64,000 nucleotides of DNA. Source: Vicinamibacteria bacterium (GTDB lineage: Bacteria > Acidobacteriota > Vicinamibacteria > Marinacidobacterales > Marinacidobacteraceae). The stretch covers positions 3,840,001-3,904,000 of the forward strand of contig CAXXLQ010000004.1 of NCBI GenBank assembly GCA_963668695.2, in the 5' to 3' direction. Both the position numbers and the translations under genes were made by a program. A model generated the notes under the pieces. That model saw only the letters and a program-made list of their open reading frames with translations, was not told where the DNA came from and searched no databases. Shown in pieces: positions 51,533 through 60,588 of this stretch. The stretch's first letter is position 1. Each line of letters starts with the position of its first letter.

Positions 51533-52404
51533 ACGGCTTCCGGCGGCGCTTCGCGCCAGATGTCGCGGCGCGGAATCCGGCGCCGCTCGGGGTCGCGCTC
51601 GACAAGCTGGTGAAGCTCGACCCAGGCGAGATGCGGCCTCAGGTGGTGTTCTCGGTGCATGGACAGTCCGGAGGAAAACCAGTACGCCAATCGGCCGAAG
51701 TAGTTGTGGGAGCGCGCCGCGGGATCACCGGTGGAATAGCCCTCATGGGTGAGATGGGCGAAAGGAATCCAGAGCACGAGCGACACGAGTACGCAGACCG
51801 GCAGGGTCCCCGACACCACCCGCCAAGGACCCACCAGCATGGCCACCAGAAGATAACAGGCCGCGATGGCCAGATAGTTCACCGCCAGATCGCGTCCATG
51901 GCCCGGAGGCAGTCCGCCGCGGCGGCGAATCCAGAAGAACCATTGGTGCGGCATCGCCACCGCCCGGAAGGGAAGCTGCCACTTATGGGGAGTGTCCAGG
52001 AACAGGTCCGGATCCTTCCCCGGCTCGTTGGTGTGGCGGTGGTGCTGGAGATGGGTGCCCCGGAAATTCGTGAACGGAACGAGACAGGGCAAAAGAGCCA
52101 GCCGGCCCCAGAAGGCATTGGTTTTCCGCGACCGGCCGAGGAGGCCGTGGACGCCTTCGTGGGCCATTACGGTGCCGATGAAGGCCAGCCAGCTCCGGAA
52201 CAGGATGTCCGCCGTCCAACCCCACCAGGTGGTGGGAACCACCAGCAACCCGGCGAAGCTCAACGCCAGGAGCGACACGATCACCGTGCGGCTGAGCAGG
52301 TGGACCCGGCGGACCGGCCAGCGACGAAGTCCGGCCGGAACGGAGGGAGAATGGACACCGGAAACCTCTTCGGACCGGTTTCGATTCATGGCCACCTGGT
52401 ACAC
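51529..52404 (-). CDS. Membrane fatty-acid desaturase family protein
   Basis: Histidine boxes HEGVH, HLQHH and HREHH, with TM segments. Confidence 0.9.
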   Translation of the reverse strand: MYQVAMNRNRSEEVSGVHSPSVPAGLRRWPVRRVHLLSRTVIVSLLALSFAGLLVVPTTWWGWTADILFRSWLAFIGTVMAHEGVHGLLGRSRKTNAFWGRLALLPCLVPFTNFRGTHLQHHRHTNEPGKDPDLFLDTPHKWQLPFRAVAMPHQWFFWIRRRGGLPPGHGRDLAVNYLAIAACYLLVAMLVGPWRVVSGTLPVCVLVSLVLWIPFAHLTHEGYSTGDPAARSHNYFGRLAYWFSSGLSMHREHHLRPHLAWVELHQLVERDPERRRIPRRDIWREAPPEAV

Positions 52405-52421
52405 CCCTTCCGATCTTGACT

Positions 52422-52627
52422 CTAGCAGCCTGTGGACAAGGTCACGCGGCGTTCGGCTGGCGATGCATCCCGGCTGAACCGCGCCTCTGTGAGGCGCTCA
52501 TCGTTGCGCTTCGGTCGAAATACACCAGGTATTCCTCCCGCGCGCGCCTTGTCAGCCGGGCGCCTCGCCCCCACTGGGAGAACTGGCCAGCCTCGGCGCT
52601 CACGCCACTTTGTCCACAGGCTACTAG
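52422..52627. mobile_element. MITE-like element, full length, CTAG at both ends, one micro-insert
   Basis: ctagcagcctgtggacaa ... ttgtccacaggctactag. Confidence 0.85.
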
Positions 52628-52707
52628 CATTCGCCATACCTCGAGACGGACGGCCGGCAGCCTGCGCGCCAGCGGCCGAATTCCTGGAAGAAGGAGGGAA
52701 GCGCTCC

Positions 52708-55700
52708 ATGCCCCCAGCACACTTTGACATCGGCTCCGCACCCGTGACCGGCGGGCGCCGGAAACGCGCGGCGTTGCTCGCCGCCGCCCTCCTGCTGGCC
52801 GCCGGTTTCGCCGCCGGCCAAACCGCGGATCCGGATACCGGGCCGGTTGCCACCGCGATCGAGGGACTGAAGCTCCGCGGGATCGGCCCCGCCCTGATGG
52901 GAGGCCGCATCGCCGACATCGCCGTGCACCCGCAGCGGCGCTCCACCTGGTACGTGGTGGTGGGTTCCGGCGGGCTCTGGAAGACCGAAAACAGCGGCAC
53001 CACCTGGAAGCCGGTCTTCGACGAATACCCCTCCTACTCCATCGGCACCGTAGCCCTCGATCCTTCGAACCCGGAAGTCGTGTGGATCGGCACCGGAGAG
53101 AACGTGAGCGGACGCCACGTCGGCTGGGGCGACGGGGTGTATCGCAGCCGTAACGGCGGCGCCTCCTGGGAACAGGTGGGCCTCGCCGGCTCGCAGCACA
53201 TCGGCAAGATCCTGGTGGATCCGCGGGATGGGGACACCGTCCTGGTGGCCGCCGAGGGGCCGCTGTGGAACGGAGGGGGCGAACGCGGCGTGTACCGGAC
53301 CGAGGACGGCGGCGCCACCTGGACCCGCACGCTCGATCTCGGCCCCGACACCGGCGCGACCGATCTGGAGTTCGCTCCGGGCGACCCGGACACCGTCTAT
53401 GCCGCGGCCTACCAGCGCCGGCGCCACGTGTGGTCGTTCCTGGCCGGAGGACCCGGCTCCGGGATCCACAAGTCCGACGACGGCGGCCGGACGTTCCGAA
53501 AGATCACGAAGGGCCTGCCGAAGGGGGACGTCGGGAAGATCGGCCTCGCGGTGACCCCGGCGGATCCCGGGCTCGTCTACGCGACCATCGAGGCCGACGA
53601 GGAGGAACGCGGCTTCTACCGCTCCGGGGACCGGGGCGAGAGCTGGGAGCGGCGCAGTCCCTACGTGTCGGGAGGCACCGGGCCGCACTACTACCAGGAG
53701 ATCGAAGCGTCTCCGGCCGACCCGGACCTCGTGTACCAGATGGACGTCTTCTTCCACGTGACCCGGGACGGCGGCAAGACCTTCGACTACCTCGGCACCG
53801 GACGCGAAAAGCACAGCGACAACCACGCGATCTGGATCGATCCCGACGACCCCGGCCACCTGCTCGGCGGCACCGACTCGGGGCTTTACGAAACGTTCGA
53901 CGAGGGAGTGACCTGGCGGCACTTCCCGAACATGCCCGTCTCCCAGTTCTACAAGGTGGCGCTCAGTAACGCCGAACCCTTCTACGACCTCCTCGGGGGG
54001 GCGCAGGACCTCGGGTCGGTGCACGGTCCTTCGCGCACCCAGAACAGGGAAGGGGTCCGGAACCGCGACTGGTACGTGCCGCTCGGGGCGGACGGCTACG
54101 GCGTGCAGATCGATCCGCGCGACCCGAACATCCTCTATCTGATGACCCAGCAGGGGAATCTCTATCGCGCCGACCGGCGGAGCGAGGAGACGCTGCACAT
54201 CCAGCCGCTGGCCGCCCCCGGCGAACCACCGGAACGCTGGAACTGGGACTCCCCCATCCTGATCAGCCCGCACGACGCGGACCGGCTGTACTTCGGGTCG
54301 CAGCGAGTGTGGCGGAGTGAGAACCGGGGCCAGTCGTGGACCGCGGTCAGCGGGGACCTGACCACCGGCCGGAACCGCTACGAGCTCCCCTTCTACGACC
54401 GGATCTGGAGCGTGGACGCCCTGCACGACACGGCGGCCATGTCCCGCTACGCGACGCTGACCGCGATCTCCGAGTCGCCGGTGGCGGAGGGCGTGCTCTT
54501 TACCGGAAGCGACGACGGACTGGTCCACGTCAGCACCGACGGCGGGGCGAACTGGAGCCGGGCGGCGGCGCTTCCGGAACTCCCGGCCCTCGCCTTCGTC
54601 AACGACGTCGAGGCGTCCCAGCACGACCCGGACACCGTGTTCGTGGTGGCCGACAACCACAAGATGGGCGACTTCCGGACGTATCTGTTCCGCAGCCGGG
54701 ACCGCGGGGCGTCTTGGGAGTCCATCGCCGGGGACCTGCCCGACGGGACCATCGTCTGGGCCATCCAGCAGGATCACCGGGACCCGGACCTGCTGTTCCT
54801 GGCAGCCGAGTACGGGCTCCACGTCTCGTGGAACGGCGGGACGAACTGGGTGAAGCTGAAGGGCGCCCCGACGATTTCGTTCCGCGACGTGAAGGTGCAG
54901 CGGCGGGATGACGACCTGGTCGGCGCCACCTTCGGTCGGGGGTTTTACGTCCTGGACGACTACGCGCCGCTCCGGGCAATGGCCGCCGCGGTCCGCGCCG
55001 GCGAATCCACGCTCTTCCCGCTGCGCGACGCCTGGTGGTACGTGCCGTCGGTTCCGGCCCAGGCCCCGGGCCGTCCCACCCAGGGAAGCACCGCCTTCGT
55101 GGCGGACAACCCGCCGTTCGGCGCGGTGCTGACCTACTACCTCGCCGAGGACCTGAAGACGGCGAAGGAGGAGCGGCAGGCCGGCGAGAAGGAAGCGCGG
55201 GAGAGCGGCGCCGACATCCCCTTCCCCGGATTCGACACGCTCCGGATCGAGGAACTGGAAGAGGATCCCGCGGTGTTCGTGGTGATCCGGGACGCGAACG
55301 GAGCGCCGGTCCGGCGGGTCGCCGGATCCCCGAAGAAGGGCGTCCACCGGGTGGCCTGGGACCTCCGGGGCCCGGCGCCCAACCCGATCACCTTCCAGGA
55401 GCCGGGGTTCACCCCTCCCTGGGTGCGCCCGCCCCAGGGACCGCTCACGGCGCCGGGCGAGTACTCCGCGCAGCTCGTCGCGGTGACCCGTGACGGCGCC
55501 CGCAACCTCGGGGAACCGCAGCGCTTCCGGGTCAAGCCCGTGCCGAACCTCCCCGAGGGCACCGATCCGGCGGCGGTGGCCGCCTTCCAGCAGGAGACGG
55601 CCAGCCTGCTCCGAGCGATCCACGGGGCCGCGGCCGAGGCCGGCCGGGTCCGGGAGCGGATCCGCCACCTGCGGGCGGCCCTCAAGGAAACCCCCCAGGC

Positions 55701-56031
55701 GGACGAAGCGCTCTTCGGGCGGATGGACGCCGTCCTCAGGACGCTCTCGGACCTGGAAGTCCGGCTGAACGGCGACCCCGCCCGCGGTTCGCGGAACCAC
55801 CCGGCGGCGCCCTCCATCCGGGAGCGGGCCGGGGGCATCGCGGGCGGCCACTGGGACACCCGCCAGACGCCCACCGAGACCCAGCGCGAAAGCCTCCGCA
55901 TCGCGGCCGGGGAGTTCGAAGGACTGCGGGGTGAGTTGCGGTCGCTGGTCGACGAGGACCTGGCCGGGCTCGAAGCGGACCTCGAAGCCGCCGGGGCCCC
56001 CTGGACCCCGGGGAGGAAGATCCCGGGATAG
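52708..56031 (+). CDS. Secreted VPS10/BNR-repeat glycosyl hydrolase (GH74-like)
   Basis: IGPALMGGRIAD and many S/T.DGG.TW Asp-boxes; SD aaggagg upstream. Confidence 0.9.
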   Translation: MPPAHFDIGSAPVTGGRRKRAALLAAALLLAAGFAAGQTADPDTGPVATAIEGLKLRGIGPALMGGRIADIAVHPQRRSTWYVVVGSGGLWKTENSGTTWKPVFDEYPSYSIGTVALDPSNPEVVWIGTGENVSGRHVGWGDGVYRSRNGGASWEQVGLAGSQHIGKILVDPRDGDTVLVAAEGPLWNGGGERGVYRTEDGGATWTRTLDLGPDTGATDLEFAPGDPDTVYAAAYQRRRHVWSFLAGGPGSGIHKSDDGGRTFRKITKGLPKGDVGKIGLAVTPADPGLVYATIEADEEERGFYRSGDRGESWERRSPYVSGGTGPHYYQEIEASPADPDLVYQMDVFFHVTRDGGKTFDYLGTGREKHSDNHAIWIDPDDPGHLLGGTDSGLYETFDEGVTWRHFPNMPVSQFYKVALSNAEPFYDLLGGAQDLGSVHGPSRTQNREGVRNRDWYVPLGADGYGVQIDPRDPNILYLMTQQGNLYRADRRSEETLHIQPLAAPGEPPERWNWDSPILISPHDADRLYFGSQRVWRSENRGQSWTAVSGDLTTGRNRYELPFYDRIWSVDALHDTAAMSRYATLTAISESPVAEGVLFTGSDDGLVHVSTDGGANWSRAAALPELPALAFVNDVEASQHDPDTVFVVADNHKMGDFRTYLFRSRDRGASWESIAGDLPDGTIVWAIQQDHRDPDLLFLAAEYGLHVSWNGGTNWVKLKGAPTISFRDVKVQRRDDDLVGATFGRGFYVLDDYAPLRAMAAAVRAGESTLFPLRDAWWYVPSVPAQAPGRPTQGSTAFVADNPPFGAVLTYYLAEDLKTAKEERQAGEKEARESGADIPFPGFDTLRIEELEEDPAVFVVIRDANGAPVRRVAGSPKKGVHRVAWDLRGPAPNPITFQEPGFTPPWVRPPQGPLTAPGEYSAQLVAVTRDGARNLGEPQRFRVKPVPNLPEGTDPAAVAAFQQETASLLRAIHGAAAEAGRVRERIRHLRAALKETPQADEALFGRMDAVLRTLSDLEVRLNGDPARGSRNHPAAPSIRERAGGIAGGHWDTRQTPTETQRESLRIAAGEFEGLRGELRSLVDEDLAGLEADLEAAGAPWTPGRKIPG

Positions 56032-57230
56032 GAACTCCACGCTCTGGCGGGGTCTGTTGCGGGGACTCCACGCTGGAGCGGTGGAACTCCACGCGGCACG
56101 CTACTCCACGCTGGAGCGGGGTCTGCGGGCGCGCTACTCCACGCTGGAGCGGGAACTCCACGCTGGAGCGGGATCTGTTGGCGGGAACTCCACGCTGGAG
56201 CCGCCGAACTCCACGCTGTAGCGGGATCTGTCGGCGGGAACTCCACGCTGGAGCCGCCGAACTCCACGCTGTAGCGGGATCTGTTGGCGGGAACTCCACG
56301 CTGGAGCCGCCGAACTCCACGCTGTGGCGGGGTCTGCTGGTGGGAACTCCACGCTGGAGCCGCCGAACTCCACGCAGCGGGATCTGCCGGCGGGAACTCC
56401 ACGCTGGAGCCGCCGAACTCCACGCTGGAGCGGGTCTGTTGGCGGGAACTCCACGCTGGAGCCGCCGAACTCCACGCTGGAGCGGGATCTGTTGGCGGGA
56501 ACTCCACGCTGGAGCCGCCGAACTCCACGCTGGAGCGGGTCTGTTGGCGGGAACTCCACGCTGGAGCCGCCGAACTCCACGCTGGAGCGGGATCTGTTGG
56601 CGGGAACTCCACGCTGGAGCCGCCGAACTCCACGCTGGAGCGGGATCTGTTGGCGGGAACTCCACGCTGGAGCCGCCGAACTCCACGCTGGAGCGGGATC
56701 TGTTGGCGGGAACTCCACGCTGGAGCCGCCGAACTCCACGCTGGAGCAGGATCTGTTGGCGGGAACTCCACGCTGGAGCCGCCGAACTCCACGCTGGAGC
56801 GGGGTCTGTTGGCGGGAACTCCACGCTGGAGCCGCCGAACTCCACGCTGGAGCGGGATCTGTTGGCGGGAACTCCACGCTGGAGCCGCCGAACTCCACGC
56901 TGGAGCGGGGTCTGCTGGCGGGAACTCCACGCTGGAGCCGCCGAACTCCACGCTGGAGCGGGGTCTGTTGGCGGGAACTCCACGCTGGAGCCGCCGAACT
57001 CCACGCTGGAGCAGGATCTGTTGGCGGGAACTCCACGCTGGAGCCGCCGAACTCCACGCTGGAGCGGGGCCGGCGGACGGAACTCCACGCTGGAGGGGGT
57101 TCGGCGGATGGGGACTCCACGCTGGAGGAGGTGGAACTCCACGCTGGAGCCGCGAAGCTCCACGCTGAAGCGGGTTCGGCGGGCGGGAACTCCACGCTGG
57201 AGCCGCGAAGCTCCACGCTGGAGGAGGTTC
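56031..57230. repeat. ~1.2-kb satellite: 17 regular ~53-bp units with degenerate flanks (~45 copies of gaactccacgctggag)
   Basis: Unit ggaactccacgctggagccgccgaactccacgctggagcgggatctgttggcg; linkers nearly invariant. Confidence 0.95.
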
Positions 57231-57408
57231 CGCGGGCGGCGACAGGACTGTCAGAAATTCCGTGTGTAGGCCGGTGACTCTGGAAACTGCGTTCGGTTTG
57301 CTTCCCGGAATTGTATGACCGGGCCGATGGGGATTTGGCCGGCGCGCCCGAGGGGGCCGGCGCGGAGCGGGTAGGGACGCCCGATGCGCGTGAAGCGCGT
57401 GGTTGCGC

Positions 57409-58134
57409 CTAACGGACCGCCCGCGAGTACCACCCGCCCCACGCCGCCTTCCACCGCCGGAATACCGCGATGAAGAGCGGGTTGGTCCAGATCAGGATCT
57501 TCCACAGCGGCCACTGGTCGAAGCGGCGGCACGAGGGCCGGACGGGCGGTTCTCGGATCCGCCGGATTCGCCGGCCGGTCTTCCGCCCGAGCCGCCCGAG
57601 ACGCCAGACGAAGTCCACGTCTTCGCCGATCCACGTCCGCTCGTCGTATCCACCCACCTGTTCGAAGGCGTCCCGGCGAGCGAACTGCGCGGCCCCCAGC
57701 ACCATCCCCGTGAGCCGGACGAGAAGCCACCAGGCGCCCAGGTAGAGCCTCACCGAGAGGCGCCGCGCCCGCCAGGTTGTCTCCACGCCTCCCCCGATGC
57801 ACGCCGGATCGCTCATCGCCTCGTGGATCCGGATCAGGAACTCCGGCGGGACGATCACGTCCGCATCCACAAAGACCAGCACGTCCCCGCTCGCCCGGCG
57901 CGCCCCGGCGTTCCGGGCCCGGGCGATGACCTGCACCGGCTCGTGGACCACCGTGGCGCCCCGCTCGCGGGCAATCGACGCGGTCCGGTCGCGGCTGTTG
58001 TTGTCCACGACAATCGTTTCGACTTCCGCGCCGGTCCGGGAACCGAGCGCCTCCGCGGCAATCCGGAGCGAGTCGAGCGTCGGCCCCAGGTACGCCTCCT
58101 CGTTGAAGGCGGGGACGACAACGGAGAACTTCAC
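57409..58134 (-). CDS. GT2 family glycosyltransferase
   Basis: SVVVPAFNEE, VDNNSRD, ARNAGA, FVDAD, GGYDE...ED motifs. Confidence 0.9.
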   Translation of the reverse strand: MKFSVVVPAFNEEAYLGPTLDSLRIAAEALGSRTGAEVETIVVDNNSRDRTASIARERGATVVHEPVQVIARARNAGARRASGDVLVFVDADVIVPPEFLIRIHEAMSDPACIGGGVETTWRARRLSVRLYLGAWWLLVRLTGMVLGAAQFARRDAFEQVGGYDERTWIGEDVDFVWRLGRLGRKTGRRIRRIREPPVRPSCRRFDQWPLWKILIWTNPLFIAVFRRWKAAWGGWYSRAVR

Positions 58135-58234
58135 TAAGCTCGGATCAGCGCCCTCCGGTGTACGAATCAATCACCACGTCAGCGATTTCATTCACGTGGT
58201 GAATAGCTGGGAACTCCAGGTCGCACCGGGCAAT

Positions 58235-58294
58235 CCTGCTCCACCCTGGCCTGCTCCACCCTGGCGTGCTCCACCCTGGCCTGCTCCACCCTGG
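58235..58294. repeat. 15-bp tandem repeat cctgctccaccctgg x4
   Basis: Directly visible; core ctccaccctgg resembles the satellite core ctccacgctgg. Confidence 0.85.
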
Positions 58295-58305
58295 AATCGG
58301 TCCCG

Positions 58306-58599
58306 TCAGACATGGCGCTGGGCATCCATTTTGGCGTGCAGAACCCGAACGATGACCAGACCCTCGGACCCCGGCAGATAGAACACGACATGCGAACGAA
58401 ACTCGTACCGCCGCAACCCCGGTGCAAGGGATTCGGCACTTCGGCCTAGTCCGAGGTTGCCGACCAAACGCTCACAGCACGCATGGAGCCCGTCGAAGTA
58501 GCTGCGCGCCTGTTCGAGTCCGAAGCGTCCCGCGGTGTATTCGAAAATCCCATCCAGGTCTGCCGCCGCGCGACGCGTCAGCCTATAGGCCGCCGTCAC
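58306..58599 (-). CDS. parE: ParE/RelE family toxin
   Basis: YRLTRRAAADLDGI...FG.EQA..Y, HVVFY, IVRVLH..MD motifs. Confidence 0.9.
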   Translation of the reverse strand: MTAAYRLTRRAAADLDGIFEYTAGRFGLEQARSYFDGLHACCERLVGNLGLGRSAESLAPGLRRYEFRSHVVFYLPGSEGLVIVRVLHAKMDAQRHV

Positions 58600-58840
58600 G
58601 CCGAAGCCGTGCTTCGCCTTCCTTCGCGATCTGCAAGATCGTCCGGTCGCTCATCCCGCTTTCCAGCCCTTCCCGGATCGCCGCCTGGAGGACATGGAAT
58701 GAGGCATCACTCTCGCGGTCGCGCCGGATCAGGTCGCGGATGTATTCGCTGTCGTTGGTGAAGCGACCAGCCGCGATCTGGGTCTTCACCCACTGATCCT
58801 GTTGACTGGTCAGTGTGATGGTCTTCCGGACTGTGGGCAT
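58583..58840 (-). CDS. parD: ParD-type RHH antitoxin (CC2985-like)
   Basis: GRFTNDSEYIRDLIR, AIREGLESG motifs. Confidence 0.9.
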   Translation of the reverse strand: MPTVRKTITLTSQQDQWVKTQIAAGRFTNDSEYIRDLIRRDRESDASFHVLQAAIREGLESGMSDRTILQIAKEGEARLRRDGGL

Positions 58841-58883
58841 GTAGGAACTCTCCAGGATTCGCAGTGGCTATTCCGAGAAGCGC

Positions 58884-58900
58884 ATTATCGCACCGATAAT
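58884..58900. promoter_or_regulatory. Probable parDE operator/promoter palindrome
   Basis: attatcg-cac-cgataat in an AT-rich patch upstream of parD. Confidence 0.6.
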
Positions 58901-59112
58901 CATCATTTTCATGTCGAAATCGGATCGGGCCGGGGATGAAGTACGCAACGACACTATAGGCCTCGCCCGCCTCCGGCGGGCGAGGCCGGCCTCCACCGGG
59001 AGAAACGCCCATGATCGGGTCCTCCCGTACACCCCGCCTGGTACGAAAAAGGTGGAGCGGCACTCACATTGGCAGAGCCCGGCATCATCGGCGCTGGTTT
59101 CGCGCTCCCGCG

Positions 59113-59158
59113 CGATGCCGGCCCCCACCGGGAGAACTGGCCGGAGGTCGGCGTTCCC
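59113..59158. repeat. REP-like hairpin interrupted by the micro-insert
   Basis: gatgccg-gcc-cccaccgggagaactg-gcc-ggaggtcggcgttccc versus the empty copy at 3008-3033. Confidence 0.75.
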
Positions 59159-59273
59159 GTGCCTGCGCGCCATCCGCTCTTTCGGGGGCCCGGCGCGACT
59201 GGATTTTCACAGCAACTGGCCGGCGGTCCCGTGCCCACGCGCCTCCCCGACAGGCGCCGCGCCCTCCAGGCCG

Positions 59274-60461
59274 TCACCCGAGGTCGAGCGCTGCCGGCGA
59301 ACACAGCGTCCAGCGTTCCCGGATGCGAACCGGTTGCTCTGGCGCGGTGAGGGAAACGACCTGTCCGGGCTGCCAGTTCGGGTCGGAGATCCGGTCGAGC
59401 GGGGCCAGGCGGTCGTGGCGGGGCGAGCCCAGCTTGACCTCGACCGGCCAGACTCTGCCGGCGTGCTCGATCAGGAAGTCAATTTCCTGGCCGTCGCGGG
59501 TGCGCCAGAAATAGATGTCCACCTCGTGCGCCCGATGGCGAAACTGCCGGAGGATTTCCGAAAACACCTGGGTCTCGAACAGGGCGCCGGCCATCGGCCC
59601 GAGACGCGCCTGCTCTGTGCTCCTCCAACCGCCGAGCCAGGCGGCGAGACCGGCATCCAGGAAGTAGAGCTTCGGATTCTTGGTCATCCGGCGCGTCCGG
59701 TTCGTGAAGTACGGAAAGAGCAATCGGATGAGAAAACTGTCTTCCAGCAGGCTGAGCCATTCCCGAACCGTTGTCGGGGACACGCCAGCGTCCCGCCCCA
59801 AATCGTGGTAGTTCACGACCTGGCCGGTGCGGAGCGCGGCGAGCCGCACGAACGTTTCAAACTCCCGGCGTTTGCCGATTCTCAGCAGTTCGCGAACATC
59901 CCGCTCGATATAGGTCTGCACGTAGGAGGCAAGATAGAGATCGCGGGTGGCCCCATCCCCGGTTCCGGACAACCGCGGGAAGCCGGTCTCGAGCATTCTG
60001 CCGAAGTAGTCGCCGGGTGACAGCAGGTGGGGCAACCTCTTTTCCTCATCCGAGAGCCCGAGCAGGTTCAGGATCGCGACCCGGCCGGCCAGGGTCTCGG
60101 TCACGCCTTCCATCACCCGGAAGTTCTGTGAGCCGCTTAACCGGATGGCGCCGGGTTCGAGGCCACCCTCGTCCACCATCCGCTTGATGGGGCTGAGCAG
60201 CTTCGGCGCATACTGGATTTCATCAATTACGAACGGCGGTCTGAGGTCGCGCATGAACAGAACCGGATCCCGATTGGCGCGCTCGCGGACGTCAAGGTCG
60301 TCCAGGTTGGCATAGGTGTGGCTTCCGGAGCACCGATGGAGCAGCGAACTCTTGCCGACCTGTCGCGGCCCGAGCAGCAACCACACCGGGAAGAGCCGCA
60401 GCTGCTCGGCCGGAGCGTCGAGTACCGGTTGAAGGGTCCGGTGGATCCAGTCGAGCGGCAT
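59274..60461 (-). CDS. AAA_14 ATPase with DUF4143 domain
   Basis: GPRQVGKS Walker A, IDEIQ, LSGSQ, TYIERDV, PKLYFLDAG, EIDF, EVK motifs. Confidence 0.92.
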   Translation of the reverse strand: MPLDWIHRTLQPVLDAPAEQLRLFPVWLLLGPRQVGKSSLLHRCSGSHTYANLDDLDVRERANRDPVLFMRDLRPPFVIDEIQYAPKLLSPIKRMVDEGGLEPGAIRLSGSQNFRVMEGVTETLAGRVAILNLLGLSDEEKRLPHLLSPGDYFGRMLETGFPRLSGTGDGATRDLYLASYVQTYIERDVRELLRIGKRREFETFVRLAALRTGQVVNYHDLGRDAGVSPTTVREWLSLLEDSFLIRLLFPYFTNRTRRMTKNPKLYFLDAGLAAWLGGWRSTEQARLGPMAGALFETQVFSEILRQFRHRAHEVDIYFWRTRDGQEIDFLIEHAGRVWPVEVKLGSPRHDRLAPLDRISDPNWQPGQVVSLTAPEQPVRIRERWTLCSPAALDLG

Positions 60462-60588
60462 ATGTGCAGTTTACTTTGGATCTGCCGCTCACGAGGATCA
60501 AGAAGATCTCGCGCTTCCCGCCAGCGGCGAATGGCGGCCTGGAGGCCGGCGGTCCCTTGCCGGCGCGCCGTACCGGGGCCGGCGGTCC

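Noticed and set aside
52624-56040. 1138-aa antisense ORF and similar long antisense ORFs
   Set aside because: Typical high-GC codon-bias shadows of real genes on the opposite strand
56031-57230. CRISPR array
   Set aside because: Inter-repeat segments are 5 and ~16 nt and nearly invariant rather than unique spacers; no cas genes in the window
55137-57277. Long repeat-protein ORFs across the satellite
   Set aside because: ORFs appear in nearly all frames on both strands because the unit lacks stop codons; a 53-bp period is not a codon multiple; no RBS
58991-59010. Additional micro-insert copy (ctccaccgggagaaacgccc)
   Set aside because: Only a partial match, so not counted as a confident copy
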